The notes: generated from the sequence alone by a model not told the origin. 64,000 nt of DNA from Anaerolineae bacterium (GCA_003141675.1 PLND01000034.1:17488-81487); one strand, 5' to 3'; shown: positions 43,907 through 53,688, numbered from the stretch's first letter. Made by a program: numbers and translations.

Positions 43907-46013
43907 CTTCCGGATACCGCAGGCGGATGTGGATCCTTCCCCGCAACGCATCGGCGAAGGCTTCACGGATGATCTCCACGTCATGCATCGTCAGGTCGGT
44001 TTGGTCGAATTGGCGCTGTTCCAACCGGTCGTCGACGACTTCGCGGACCAACGTCTCGATTTCCTCCGACGTGGAGGGACCAACCGCCCGAAATTTCGCC
44101 TCCACACCATCGGCCAACATGAGAATCGCCGCTTCCTTGGAACGGGGACGCGGTCCGGGGTAGTGGAATTTTCCCTCATTCACCTTGTCGGGATTCCCCC
44201 CGGCGGCATTCAGCGCAAGCCCGTATTGGAAATTCGTACGCAAGGTGCCGTGATGTTCGATAATGAGATTCCGCACACGGGTGGGGAGATGATGTTTGCG
44301 CGCCAGATCCAGTCCGTCGCGCGTGTGCTGGATGATCAGCTTCGCGCTGGCTTCCGGATCGAGCCGGTCGTGCGGATTGCCCTCAGGTCCCTGGTTCTCA
44401 ACGAAGAATTTCGGCTGGACGGATTTTCCGGCGTCATGATACAGCGCGCCGACCCGCAGGAGCAGTGTGTTGGCGCCGATCCGCTCACCGGCATGTTCGG
44501 CCAGGTTGGCAACCTGCAGGCTGTGCTGGTAGGTCCCGGGCGCTTGAAGCAGGATCTCACGCAGAAGAGGATGATCCGGCCGGGAGAGGTCCAAAAGCTG
44601 CAGGTTGGTGGTGATATCGAAAAGATTCCCGACCAGAAAAAGCATACCCAGCGAAAGGATTCCGGAAAGCAGGCCGTTGGCCAGGCTGGCCGCAATCAGG
44701 GTAATGATTCCGATCAGGTCGCTGGCCGGCAAGGAAAGCCGGATGATCAGCACGACTGCCGAACCGGCGATGCCGGCCGCCACGCCCGCCAGGAAGAATC
44801 GAACCGGCTTCTCGCCCTTACCCAGGATCAGCACGGCGGCCAGGCAGCTCAGTGCGCCGTAGAGCCCTATCTCCAGGCTGTTCCCACCCATCAGTCCGGA
44901 GAAGATGGAAAGCAACATTCCGGTAAGAACGCCCAGCCTCCGGCCGTAGGCGCAGGCAATGAGCATTGCCATCGCGGCCACCGGGAAAAGAAATGGAAGC
45001 ACCGTATGGCCGGGCACCATGATCCGGCCGACGATCAGAAATGCCAGAAGAATCAGGGAGAAAAGAAGGACGGGTCGCAGCCCGCGGGTGATCTCCGGAT
45101 GAAATTGGGACACAAACATCGAGAGCAGCATTGTCGTCAGCACGACGGCCAGAATCATGCTTGCGGCAACCCGCAGGTTGAGCGATTCCGTGGTCAATCC
45201 GAGCATGAACACGGCCTCCAGATCGTCTTCTCCGACCACTTTGCCGCGGGGAATGACAACCTGTCCGGTGACAAAACTTCGGGTGACCGGAGTGACGTTC
45301 GCGGAAGCCTGTTCCCGCAAGGACTGGGTGGCGGAATCGTTGTAAAGACTGTTTGGAACGACGAGGTTGCGAACCAGATCCGTCGCGAGCGAGGCCTGGT
45401 TTTCCGGAAAGGAAAGGCTGACGTAATTCGGAATGGAGTTAATAATGGTCTGGAGCTGGTCGGGTCCGATCGGCTGCCGCATGATCCGCTCCAGAACAGC
45501 CTGGGATTCCTGTTGCACAATCTCCCAATCCGGATCGCTTAGCTGCAGGATCCGGGTGGCCGTGTCGGCGGGCAGATTAACCTTCGACAACTGGTGCAAA
45601 TCGGCGAGCTTTTCATCCAGGCTGGCATACGGATTGACGCGGATGTTGGTGATGTAATCCAACGCCGCCTGCAGAGTTTCTGCTTGCTGGCGCGCAATCA
45701 GCGGATCGGGCGGGTTGTAGACCGGGGTGACCAGGGCTGCCGCCTGGTCCCGCGCCTGCTGAGTGAGGATCCTGCTGACGTAGGTGACCGACCGCGGGGC
45801 CAGGACATCTTGCGGCGAGACGTCACCGGCCCGCAGGCTGACGGTGCGCTCGCCGGGGAGGATGGGCAAGATGAGGATCAGCGCCGCAAATGCGGCGCTG
45901 GCGACGACTACGACGGCGACGGGGATTCTTCCGAGGATCGACCGCCAGCGGGAAACAGGTTCGGAGGAAGAAGAGGCAGTCATAAGCGGCAACGCAGCCT
46001 GCTCAACCCCCAA
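43863..46013 (-). CDS. 7TM-receptor / HD-domain phosphohydrolase (PgpH/YqfF-like)
   Basis: Extracytoplasmic N-terminal domain, a 7-TM block, and a C-terminal HD domain (HSLQVANLAEH, ALYHDAGK). TTG 46013 or ATG 45983. Confidence 0.85.
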   Translation of the reverse strand: MGVEQAALPLMTASSSSEPVSRWRSILGRIPVAVVVVASAAFAALILILPILPGERTVSLRAGDVSPQDVLAPRSVTYVSRILTQQARDQAAALVTPVYNPPDPLIARQQAETLQAALDYITNIRVNPYASLDEKLADLHQLSKVNLPADTATRILQLSDPDWEIVQQESQAVLERIMRQPIGPDQLQTIINSIPNYVSLSFPENQASLATDLVRNLVVPNSLYNDSATQSLREQASANVTPVTRSFVTGQVVIPRGKVVGEDDLEAVFMLGLTTESLNLRVAASMILAVVLTTMLLSMFVSQFHPEITRGLRPVLLFSLILLAFLIVGRIMVPGHTVLPFLFPVAAMAMLIACAYGRRLGVLTGMLLSIFSGLMGGNSLEIGLYGALSCLAAVLILGKGEKPVRFFLAGVAAGIAGSAVVLIIRLSLPASDLIGIITLIAASLANGLLSGILSLGMLFLVGNLFDITTNLQLLDLSRPDHPLLREILLQAPGTYQHSLQVANLAEHAGERIGANTLLLRVGALYHDAGKSVQPKFFVENQGPEGNPHDRLDPEASAKLIIQHTRDGLDLARKHHLPTRVRNLIIEHHGTLRTNFQYGLALNAAGGNPDKVNEGKFHYPGPRPRSKEAAILMLADGVEAKFRAVGPSTSEEIETLVREVVDDRLEQRQFDQTDLTMHDVEIIREAFADALRGRIHIRLRYPEDEKKQQSKNAPPGR

Positions 46014-46449
46014 GCAACTTGCGGACCGTCTGGCTCACTTCACGGTTGTCGGCGCGGCCCTGGGTTTTGGGCGAAACCAGCTTCATCACTTTGCCCATCT
46101 CAGCCGGATTGGAGGCGCCCGCTTCTGCGATCGCCTGACGGATGATCGTCTCCAATTCCTGGGCAGTGAGCGGTTGGGGGAGGAAGGATTTAATTAATTC
46201 CAATTCGGCGCGAGAGTCGGCGGCTAGATCCTGCCGGCCGGCCTTTTCCGCTTCAGTCACCGCTTCCTGCCGGGTCTTTACTTCCCTTTGCAGGATCCCC
46301 AGTAGTGCGGGTTCGTCAAGCGCGCCGCGTTTTTCCACTTCGGCCATTTTGACCGCCGATAGGATCATGCGGAAAGTGCGTTTCCCGACCTCGTCCTTGG
46401 CGCGCATGGCTTCTGTCAAGCGGGTCTCGAATGTCTCTTTGGTTAGCAT
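46003..46449 (-). CDS. GatB/YqeY domain protein
   Basis: 148 aa from ATG 46449. Motifs: LTEAMRAKDEV, LSAVKMAEVEK, GKVMKLV. Confidence 0.85.
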   Translation of the reverse strand: MLTKETFETRLTEAMRAKDEVGKRTFRMILSAVKMAEVEKRGALDEPALLGILQREVKTRQEAVTEAEKAGRQDLAADSRAELELIKSFLPQPLTAQELETIIRQAIAEAGASNPAEMGKVMKLVSPKTQGRADNREVSQTVRKLLGG

Positions 46450-46549
46450 GCTTCCTTTTCTTTCCGAGTAAGGAATGTGATGTTCATTATATGTTTGCCC
46501 ATGCGGCGGGTCAAACGGTCTGATATGTTCCCGTGAATTTAAGGCTGAA

Positions 46550-47596
46550 TTACAGCGAATTTGTTCCGCCAGCCTCAAGCAGCCGGATTAATGCCTCTGG
46601 TTTTTGAAAGAATTCCTTTTGCAGGGATGGATCTTTCGCCAGCCCGGTCAAGGTTTGGGTCAGCAGACGGTTAACCGGGGCGGCGATCCCGTGGCGTTCA
46701 CCTTCGCGTACCACTGCGCCGTTGAGCCATTCCACCTCGGTTTTTCCGCGCCCGGAATTCAGATCGAGATAGAAGGACGGCATCTTTCCGCCCCGTCCTC
46801 CGCCGATGGCGCGCGTGAGCAGCGGTTGCGCAAGCCTGCGAGGGAGGTTTTTCACGGCAAAGGCCAGCATTCTCACCGGTGTTCCCGGAAGATCCACCAC
46901 GTCGATTTCGCCCGTCCGCATCACCCGCAGGCATTCGCGCAGCATCTCCCGTTCGAACTCGAAAAGTTGCGGATCGGAAAAGACAGCCCGCGGGGTCATG
47001 CCCAGGATCGCCGACGAAGCGTTCGCCGTGAGATTGGTGAACAGTTTCGACCATTTCATCGCGCGCGCCACGGGATATAGCCTTGCATTTACCCCGGCGC
47101 GATTCATCGCATCCATCAGCGGGAGGCTCAGCGCATGCCCGGCCGTCAATCCCAGACCGCGTTTCCTTTCCAGCGTGATTTCCCCCGCGCGCCCGCGTCC
47201 AACCGCGCTGGTCACCGTGCCGGCAATCACGCGGCCGGAGCCGAACACACTCTCCAGCACCGCCTCGTTCTCTACGCCGTTTTGCAGGCAAAGCGCCGGT
47301 GGGAGCCGCCCGGCGAGCGGCCGCAGCGATTCGATCGCCGCGCCGGTGTCGTAGGATTTGAGCGCGAACACCGCCAGATCAGGCGTGCTATCGCGCAAGG
47401 CATCGACCGCGGAAGTAAATACTCCGTTCAGTGGTATGCGATGTGTATGCGACCCGAGCGTGAGGACCAACCCTTCCCGGCGGAGGATCTCCGCCGGCTC
47501 CGGCCGTTCGACGAACGCCACGTCGCATCCGGTCAGGGCAAGGCTGCCGCCGATGTATGCGCCGATCGCGCCGGCACCAAAGAACAGGACCTTCAT
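46550..47596 (-). CDS. panE: 2-dehydropantoate 2-reductase
   Basis: MKVLFFGAGAIGAYIGGSLA Rossmann motif and ApbA/PanE-like body. ATG 47596 overlaps the upstream stop (ATGA). Confidence 0.8.
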   Translation of the reverse strand: MKVLFFGAGAIGAYIGGSLALTGCDVAFVERPEPAEILRREGLVLTLGSHTHRIPLNGVFTSAVDALRDSTPDLAVFALKSYDTGAAIESLRPLAGRLPPALCLQNGVENEAVLESVFGSGRVIAGTVTSAVGRGRAGEITLERKRGLGLTAGHALSLPLMDAMNRAGVNARLYPVARAMKWSKLFTNLTANASSAILGMTPRAVFSDPQLFEFEREMLRECLRVMRTGEIDVVDLPGTPVRMLAFAVKNLPRRLAQPLLTRAIGGGRGGKMPSFYLDLNSGRGKTEVEWLNGAVVREGERHGIAAPVNRLLTQTLTGLAKDPSLQKEFFQKPEALIRLLEAGGTNSL

Positions 47597-48264
47597 GATG
47601 CCCATCCCTCGCGCAGGATTTCCATCAACCGGACGGTAATCGCCGCCGTAGCGCCCCAAATTACATGCCCTTGAAACGATTCGAAAAAGGGAACTGCATT
47701 TTGAGCCCCGCCGTTTATGGATTCCATCGAGCGCCGGGTTAAATTCCCCCCTTGCATCAGCCACTCCACTGGAACGAAAAACACCTCGCGGACTTCCGGT
47801 AACGAAAGCTTCAGATGGAAGGGCCATTTCATGATGCACACGACCGGCCAGATCCGGAAACCCGTGCGCGTATCCGCCGGATCGAGAATTCCCAGCGGGC
47901 GGATATCCTCCGAACGGATGCCGATCTCTTCGCATGTCTCGCGCAATGCGGTTTGCAGCGGCCCGGAATCCCCCGTCTCGAAGTGCCCGCCGGGGAATGA
48001 CACCTGTCCGCGATGGTCGGCAAGTTGATTGCTTCGTCGTGTAAAAAGAAGCTTCCAGACTGTCTCGTCCTTTAACAGCGGAACCAGAACCGCGGAAGAT
48101 TTGATTCCCGGAGAGTGCGGCGGATAGGAAATATTCGCGTTTGCGGGGAGACGGTCGGATAAAGAAAATTCGATATCGATCATAGAAGGAAAGAAAAATA
48201 ATTCCGGCGACTGTTCAATGGAGGAGATTTCCGGGCGTGGTTGGCCGGGGAAGCGGGCTGCCAA
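47593..48264 (-). CDS. NUDIX hydrolase, CoA pyrophosphatase-like
   Basis: Nudix box GGHFETGDSGPLQTALRETCEEIGI, preceded by AVLVPL....LLFTRRS, which is typical of the NudL/CoA-diphosphatase subfamily. The start is uncertain. Confidence 0.75.
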   Translation of the reverse strand: MAARFPGQPRPEISSIEQSPELFFFPSMIDIEFSLSDRLPANANISYPPHSPGIKSSAVLVPLLKDETVWKLLFTRRSNQLADHRGQVSFPGGHFETGDSGPLQTALRETCEEIGIRSEDIRPLGILDPADTRTGFRIWPVVCIMKWPFHLKLSLPEVREVFFVPVEWLMQGGNLTRRSMESINGGAQNAVPFFESFQGHVIWGATAAITVRLMEILREGWAS

Positions 48265-48273
48265 CTCCGTCGC

Positions 48274-48876
48274 TCAGGCCTTTTCCGCACGGATCGGGGA
48301 ACCGCAGTAGGCGCACGCGGCGGTTATCTCATCGATCCAATCCACCTCGTCGGAGCGGACGGCCGCACCGCATTGCTTGCAGTGCGTGGGCAACGCCGGC
48401 TTGGCCTTTTCTTCCGGCGGGGTTTCGGAAGCGGTTTCCTGCCAGCCCGGAATTTTTACCAAGTAATCGTGCAGTTGATCCGCTTCCTGCTTGTGGCCCA
48501 TGCCGTTCAGCTCGGTCATCGCCAGGGAAGCGATTTGACCTGCAATGCCGACGGCACCCGCTGCGACGAGCATATCGAGTGCGATCCGCATGAGGTCCAT
48601 GCCGTGTGACACCTGATTGGCGTGCCAATTGGCGCGCGCCGCCTGGAAGAATACTCTCGGCGCGCGCGGGAGCCCGGAGGCGCGGGCGGAATTGCCCAGG
48701 TTTTCCAGGAGCGCGGCGGATTGGGAATATTGGCCGACGGCAAAGAGTCGATGAGCCTGAACCATTTGTAGAATCATTTCCGGCGGCAACGGCGGCAAAA
48801 GGCCAAACGCCCGCCGGTAACCGCGCCGGAGCATCCGCGATTCTCTTCGCTGCAGGCGCCTTTCAAATCTTGCCAC
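48274..48876 (-). CDS. hypothetical protein with a C-terminal zinc ribbon
   Basis: 200 aa. The tail reads CKQCGAAV...-x-...CAYCGSPI. It is tightly packed between trmI and the Nudix gene. No family was recognised. Confidence 0.5.
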   Translation of the reverse strand: MARFERRLQRRESRMLRRGYRRAFGLLPPLPPEMILQMVQAHRLFAVGQYSQSAALLENLGNSARASGLPRAPRVFFQAARANWHANQVSHGMDLMRIALDMLVAAGAVGIAGQIASLAMTELNGMGHKQEADQLHDYLVKIPGWQETASETPPEEKAKPALPTHCKQCGAAVRSDEVDWIDEITAACAYCGSPIRAEKA

Positions 48877-48877
48877 A

Positions 48878-49768
48878 TCAACCTCCCGTGGAATCGCCGT
48901 CGGGCTGAATTTCTTCGACGGGAACGTCTTCCTTCTTTTCGGCGATTTTTTCCAGCACCGGCCGGGCGAAGATCAGATACCCGGTGTGGGCCACCATCCG
49001 GTCCGTGGGCCGCAGCCGTTCGGGCACCGGTTTGTAGTAACGCAGGGAAAGCTCGCTGACTTCCACGAATTCAAACTCGTGGCGCTCGAGCGAGGATAGC
49101 AGCATGCTCACCTGATTGGTGGTCGGGACGATCGACCCAAAGAATCCCCCCGGGCGCAATGCCGCGCGCACCTGTCCGATGTATTCGTGGGGCACGGCCA
49201 CGTCGAGGAAGAGCGACGGCACGTCGGTTTCCTCGAATCCCTGGGTGATGTCGCGCAGACGGAAATCGACCCGTCCTTCCAGCCCGAGCGCTTCCAGGTT
49301 GTGGCGGGCAAGCGTTTGCATATCGGCGCGGGAATCGTAGGAGATCACGCGCCCCTGTGGACCGACCGCCGAGGCCAGCGCGGTGGTGAGTGCCCCCGAA
49401 CCGGTGCCGGCCTCGACCACGGTCATTCCCGGCGCGATCGAGAGTTTGAGCAGAATGTAGCCGATGTCTTTGGGGAAGATGATCTGGCTGCTGCGCTTGG
49501 TATCGCGCAGGATATCGTGCAGGGAAGGGGGCAGCAGGTAGAATGGACGCCCGATGTGGCTGTCGACGCGGCTGCCCCACGATTTACCGATCATGTCGTC
49601 GTGTTTGAGCATGCCGCGGTGAGTGTGAAGTTCCGCGCCGGGCTGCAATCGCACCAGCCTGTATTTGTGATCACGCCCCACCAGTTGGACCAAATCGCCT
49701 GCTAGAATAGTAGTCAAAATACCTCCTCTGGACAGGCAGATTGTAACGTGGCGCGCGCGGGGAAGCAA
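48878..49768 (-). CDS. trmI: tRNA (adenine-N1)-methyltransferase TrmI/Gcd14 family
   Basis: GDLVQLVGRDHKYRLVRLQPG, IIFPKDIGYIL, VVEAGTGSGALTTALA. The exact start is uncertain. Confidence 0.85.
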   Translation of the reverse strand: MLPRARHVTICLSRGGILTTILAGDLVQLVGRDHKYRLVRLQPGAELHTHRGMLKHDDMIGKSWGSRVDSHIGRPFYLLPPSLHDILRDTKRSSQIIFPKDIGYILLKLSIAPGMTVVEAGTGSGALTTALASAVGPQGRVISYDSRADMQTLARHNLEALGLEGRVDFRLRDITQGFEETDVPSLFLDVAVPHEYIGQVRAALRPGGFFGSIVPTTNQVSMLLSSLERHEFEFVEVSELSLRYYKPVPERLRPTDRMVAHTGYLIFARPVLEKIAEKKEDVPVEEIQPDGDSTGG

Positions 49769-49797
49769 TCGGGGAGATTTCTTCGATACACGGATGA

Positions 49798-49882
49798 CAT
49801 CCTATCCTTCCCCTCCTTTTCCTCCCCCTCCTTCCCGTATCACGGGAAGGAGGGGGAGGTTGGGAGAGGGTGTAAGGGATGG
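49798..49882. repeat. G/C-tract inverted-repeat element (long hairpin)
   Basis: CCTCCCCCTCCTTCCCG / CGGGAAGGAGGGGGAGG forms a perfect 17-bp stem around the loop TATCA, with imperfect flanking extension. It lies upstream of trmI. Confidence 0.7.
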
Positions 49883-49982
49883 ATTTCTCAACAATTACCG
49901 CCAATAAAAAAACCGGGTGAAAGATCACCCGGTTGATGCTGCAGATAAAATGACCGGTCGATTTCCGATCGCAAGGATGGGA

Positions 49983-51185
49983 TCAGGCCGCGGCCAGCGC
50001 CAGAACCGGCGCTTTCTCCTCGAGCGGCAGTCCGTAACGGTCGTAGGCTAGGTTGAGAATCTCGTTGATGAGTATCGAATATTGCATCCCTTCCGCCTTG
50101 GCCATGATGCACAGATCGGACACATCGGGATTTACTCCGGGCAGTGTGTTGATCTCTAAAAGATACGGGTGGCCTTCGGAATCGAGCCGGAGGTCGACGC
50201 GGCCGCAATCCTCGGCTCCAATGGCGATCGCGGCGGATTTGGTGAGGCGGTACATTTCTTTCTTGAGGTTGCAGGAGATCGACGCCGGGCAGGTATAGAC
50301 CGGCGATCCTTCCGCGCCGGGAACGATCAACTTAGCCTCCGAGCCGTACACCCCCTGGCCTGCGCCCACGTTCGGGTCGATTTCCAGAACCGGGAAGTAG
50401 TGAAAGCCGTCGGAGGAATACAGATCCGGGTTGGCCCGCCGGCGGCCTGTCGGCGGATTGCCGATGATCCCGACGGTGAATTCCCGGCCGGGGAGGAAGC
50501 TTTCCACCAAGGCGGGCTGGTGATAGTCCTGCACGATCCGGCGCGCCTCGCGGCGCATGTCCGCTTCGTTTTGCACGATGGATGTCGGGGATACGCCCTT
50601 GCCGGATCCCTCGCGGACGGGTTTGACAAACAGCGGAAACCGCAACGAGGAGCGCAGCGGCGCTTCCGGGTCGTGAAAAAGCTGGAACGGCACGGTGGGC
50701 AGGCCGCGGTCGCGCCAGATGCGCTTGGCAATCACTTTTTCGAGAGAGATGGCGTTGGCCAGCACGCGCGACCCGCTGTAGGGAACGCCGAGCATCTCCA
50801 GAATGGCGGGTACGTGCGATTCGCGCGCGTCTCCGCGCAGTCCCTCGGAGATGTTGAAGCAGAATTCCGGTTTTGTTTTTCGAATCGTATCCAGCAGGGT
50901 TACGTCGGCTTCGAGGAAGAACGGCTTGTGGCCGACCAGGCGGAGTGATTCAAGAATCGCTTCAACCGTCTCTTCGCGGTCATATTCGACTGCGTCGTCG
51001 GGAGGAGCATCCGGCCGCAGGGGAACGTTCTTTTTTAAATTGGCCAGCACGGCGACTTTCAACGGGGGGCTGATCCGGCGCGGAGCGGCCGGGGTGATGG
51101 GGAGCGAGAGTTGTAACCCAGGAGGTTCGTCGATCGTTTTTTCCTTGTTCATCATGTCCTCATTGTTGCGATTTGACCCGGGCAA
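49983..51185 (-). CDS. ATP-grasp enzyme of the D-alanine--D-alanine ligase family (paralog)
   Basis: 400 aa. Ddl-like N-domain (KVAVLANL..., HVPAILEMLGVPYSGS) and ATP-grasp core (FPLFVKPVREGSGKGV, LLEINTLPG). Confidence 0.75.
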   Translation of the reverse strand: MPGSNRNNEDMMNKEKTIDEPPGLQLSLPITPAAPRRISPPLKVAVLANLKKNVPLRPDAPPDDAVEYDREETVEAILESLRLVGHKPFFLEADVTLLDTIRKTKPEFCFNISEGLRGDARESHVPAILEMLGVPYSGSRVLANAISLEKVIAKRIWRDRGLPTVPFQLFHDPEAPLRSSLRFPLFVKPVREGSGKGVSPTSIVQNEADMRREARRIVQDYHQPALVESFLPGREFTVGIIGNPPTGRRRANPDLYSSDGFHYFPVLEIDPNVGAGQGVYGSEAKLIVPGAEGSPVYTCPASISCNLKKEMYRLTKSAAIAIGAEDCGRVDLRLDSEGHPYLLEINTLPGVNPDVSDLCIMAKAEGMQYSILINEILNLAYDRYGLPLEEKAPVLALAAA

Positions 51186-51344
51186 GAGAAAAGCCCCACT
51201 TCGTGAGTTCGGGTTTTGTCCCGGGGCATCGTGGAATGCTTTCGATTATAGCAACTTTTTGGAATTGGGGAAGAGGTCAATTCCCACCTTTGGGCGGGAA
51301 ACAATATAATATCCTTCGGGCTCGGATGGATCAAAGGAGGAACG

Positions 51345-51977
51345 ATGGGAAGGATGATCGACGTTTCGATGGAGATTTACTCCGGCATGATGGTCTGGCC
51401 GGGCGATGAGAGTGTGGACCTGCACCGTGTCGAGCGAATGGAGGAGGGGGCGCACGCGAACCTGTCCCGGATTTCGTGCGGAGTACACACCGGCACACAT
51501 GTGGACGCGCCGTTTCACTTCATCCCGGGCGGAATAACCATCGAGCGGATTCCATTGGAAGTTTTGGCGGGTCCGGCCTGGGTGGCCGAGTTCGGCGAAG
51601 TCCGGCGAATCGGAGCCGAAGAACTTAAAACAGCCGGGATTCCGGAGGGAACGACGCGCCTGTTGCTGAAAACCGTCAATTCGAAAACCATTACGAGCGA
51701 GACCGTCTTCCGTGAGGATTATGCCGGCTTGACGGAGAGCGGGGCGAATTGGATTCTGGAGAGGGGAATCCGGTTAGTGGGCAACGATTACCTCTCGGTG
51801 GCCTGCCGGGACCAAACCGGGCCGGTGCACACGCTGCTCCTGGGAGCGGGGATTATTTTTGTCGAAGGATTGGCGCTGGAGGAAGTGCCTCCCGGCGCCT
51901 GCCGCTTCTGTTGCCTGCCGCTTAAACTCAGGGGTTCGGATGGTGCCCCGGCGCGCGCCATGGTGGAAATTGGGTGA
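51345..51977 (+). CDS. cyclase-family protein (kynurenine formamidase-like)
   Basis: 210 aa. HTGTHVDAPFHF motif and a C-terminal GSDGAPARA. Confidence 0.85.
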   Translation: MGRMIDVSMEIYSGMMVWPGDESVDLHRVERMEEGAHANLSRISCGVHTGTHVDAPFHFIPGGITIERIPLEVLAGPAWVAEFGEVRRIGAEELKTAGIPEGTTRLLLKTVNSKTITSETVFREDYAGLTESGANWILERGIRLVGNDYLSVACRDQTGPVHTLLLGAGIIFVEGLALEEVPPGACRFCCLPLKLRGSDGAPARAMVEIG

Positions 51978-52087
51978 AGAAGATCAACACAGGGTAATTT
52001 CCCGCCCGGTGTTTGCCGCAAGGTCGGATAAAACGATTTTTTTATCGTCGGTTTCGTTTTCCGTAGCGGAGGCGAAGGACCGCGGTT

Positions 52088-52651
52088 TTATGCGTTTCCC
52101 TGAAGTCCGAGGTCGGCGGAAATCGGCCGCATGGCAAGGATGACGTTGTCCACATGTTCCCATAGATCCACGCCGAGTTCCTGCGCGCCGCGCTCGATTT
52201 CCTCGCGCTTGGCGCCCGCGGCGAACCCCTTATCCTTCCATTTTTTCTTGACCGACGGCGCGGTCAGGTCGGCCAGAGACCGCGATGGACGTACCAATGC
52301 GACGGCGGTGATCAGCCCGGTGAGTTCGTCGCAGGCAAACAGCGCTTTTTCCATCCGGCTTTCGCGCGGCACCCCGGTATGGTCCGCGTGCGATAGGACT
52401 GCGCGGATGATTTCCTCCGGCACGCCGCGCTGCCGCAGGATCGCAGCCCCCGCCTGCGGATGGCGCTCCAGGTCCGGGTGGATCTCCCAGTCGAAATCGT
52501 GCAACAAACCGACGACGCCCCATAGTTCCTCGTCTTCCCCATATTTTCCGGCATAGAAACGCATCGCGGCCTCGACGGCGAGCGTGTGCCGGACCAGGTT
52601 TTCGTTCTTGATGAATTCGCGGACGATCGCGAGGGCTTCTTCTCTTTTCAT
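52088..52651 (-). CDS. HD-domain (HDIG-type) phosphohydrolase
   Basis: 187 aa. Motifs: RHTLAVEAAM, GLLHDFDWE, SHADHTG. Confidence 0.8.
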   Translation of the reverse strand: MKREEALAIVREFIKNENLVRHTLAVEAAMRFYAGKYGEDEELWGVVGLLHDFDWEIHPDLERHPQAGAAILRQRGVPEEIIRAVLSHADHTGVPRESRMEKALFACDELTGLITAVALVRPSRSLADLTAPSVKKKWKDKGFAAGAKREEIERGAQELGVDLWEHVDNVILAMRPISADLGLQGNA

Positions 52652-52763
52652 ATAGTTTTCCCTTCCACGGCCTCTCCCCCCTGCGGTCCCCCCATTTGCT
52701 AGTACCTTCTAAAAACGCTTCCCTGATTTCTTGGTCGGCAAATGGGGACGTGCAGTTGGGGGA

Positions 52764-53405
52764 TCAATCCATCGGTTCCATCGGTCCCAGAAGCGGCTGG
52801 GGGTGGGTGATCCGCGCCTCCAGGATCGCGAAGAAGCAGGCCGCCCCTTCGCGTAAGTTCCATTGAACGAGCGAGGACAACCGATAGGCGCGCCGGTCAG
52901 CGTCCACGCCGATAGATTCTATCCCCATCTGATCGCAAAGGTATACTGCCCGAGGCAGGTGGAAATCCTGCGAGACCAGGATGGCTTTTTTCACCCCGAA
53001 GACGAAGCGGGCGCGGTAGCATGTGTCGTACGTTCTACTTCCGGCGTAATCCAGAACGAGCGCCGAATCGGGTACGCCCAATTGAACGGCCAGGCGGCGC
53101 ATCGCTTCCGGTTCGTTATACTCCGGGAAGCGATTGTCGCCGCTGAGGAGCAGTTTTTCGACAATGCCGCGTTGGTAAAGGTCAACGGCGGTGGCGACGC
53201 GGTCGGCCAGGACAGGCATCGGCGTGCCGTTGCGGTACAGTCCAGCGCCAAAGACGATCGCCACCGGGGCGGAAAGCGAGTTCGGCGCGGAATGGTATAC
53301 CCGCGCCTGGGTCTTCCAGCGGATGTAGATCCACGGCAAGCCGGCCAAAAGCGCTCCGGCAAGCAGGAAACCAAGCCACTTCCATGAGGGTCGGAATATT
53401 TTCAT
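52764..53405 (-). CDS. SanA/YdcF (DUF218) family protein
   Basis: 213 aa. N-terminal TM helix, then VAIVFGAGL, LLLSGDN, EPEAM, VSQDFHLPRA. Confidence 0.85.
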   Translation of the reverse strand: MKIFRPSWKWLGFLLAGALLAGLPWIYIRWKTQARVYHSAPNSLSAPVAIVFGAGLYRNGTPMPVLADRVATAVDLYQRGIVEKLLLSGDNRFPEYNEPEAMRRLAVQLGVPDSALVLDYAGSRTYDTCYRARFVFGVKKAILVSQDFHLPRAVYLCDQMGIESIGVDADRRAYRLSSLVQWNLREGAACFFAILEARITHPQPLLGPMEPMD

Positions 53406-53556
53406 CGGCAGGCCGGATTATTCACACTGGGCTCGGAATTCCATCAGTTCGACGGGGGCGCCGTCGGAGACGATCATGGCCACGCGCACACCGTCGGACG
53501 GCGAGTTGATTGCCGAAAGGATCTCCGCTATTAATTGCCGAAGATAATCGCGGGAT

Positions 53557-53590
53557 ATCAAAATAAAAACAAAACCCGGTTTCCCGGGTT
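53557..53590 (-). terminator. intrinsic terminator after tRNA-Leu
   Basis: On the minus strand: AACCCGG-GAAA-CCGGGTT followed by TTGTTTTTATTTT. Confidence 0.75.
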
Positions 53591-53592
53591 TG

Positions 53593-53676
53593 TGCCGAAG
53601 CTGGGAGTTGAACCCAGATGGCCTTACGGCCACTGCGCCCTGAACGCAGCGCGTCTGCCAGTTCCGCCACTCCGGC
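53593..53676 (-). tRNA. tRNA-Leu (anticodon CAG)
   Basis: 84 nt: GCCGGAGTGGCGGAACTGGCAGACGCGCTGCGTTCAGGGCGCAGTGGCCGTAAGGCCATCTGGGTTCAACTCCCAGCTTCGGCA. It has a 7-bp acceptor stem, anticodon loop TTCAGGG, a long variable arm and a GTTCAAC T-loop. CCA is not encoded. Confidence 0.92.
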
Positions 53677-53688
53677 ATGAGAGTTCAT

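Noticed and set aside
53418-53688. Two ORFs of 86-88 aa on the minus strand.
   Set aside because: They run straight through tRNA-Leu(CAG) and its terminator, so they are spurious.
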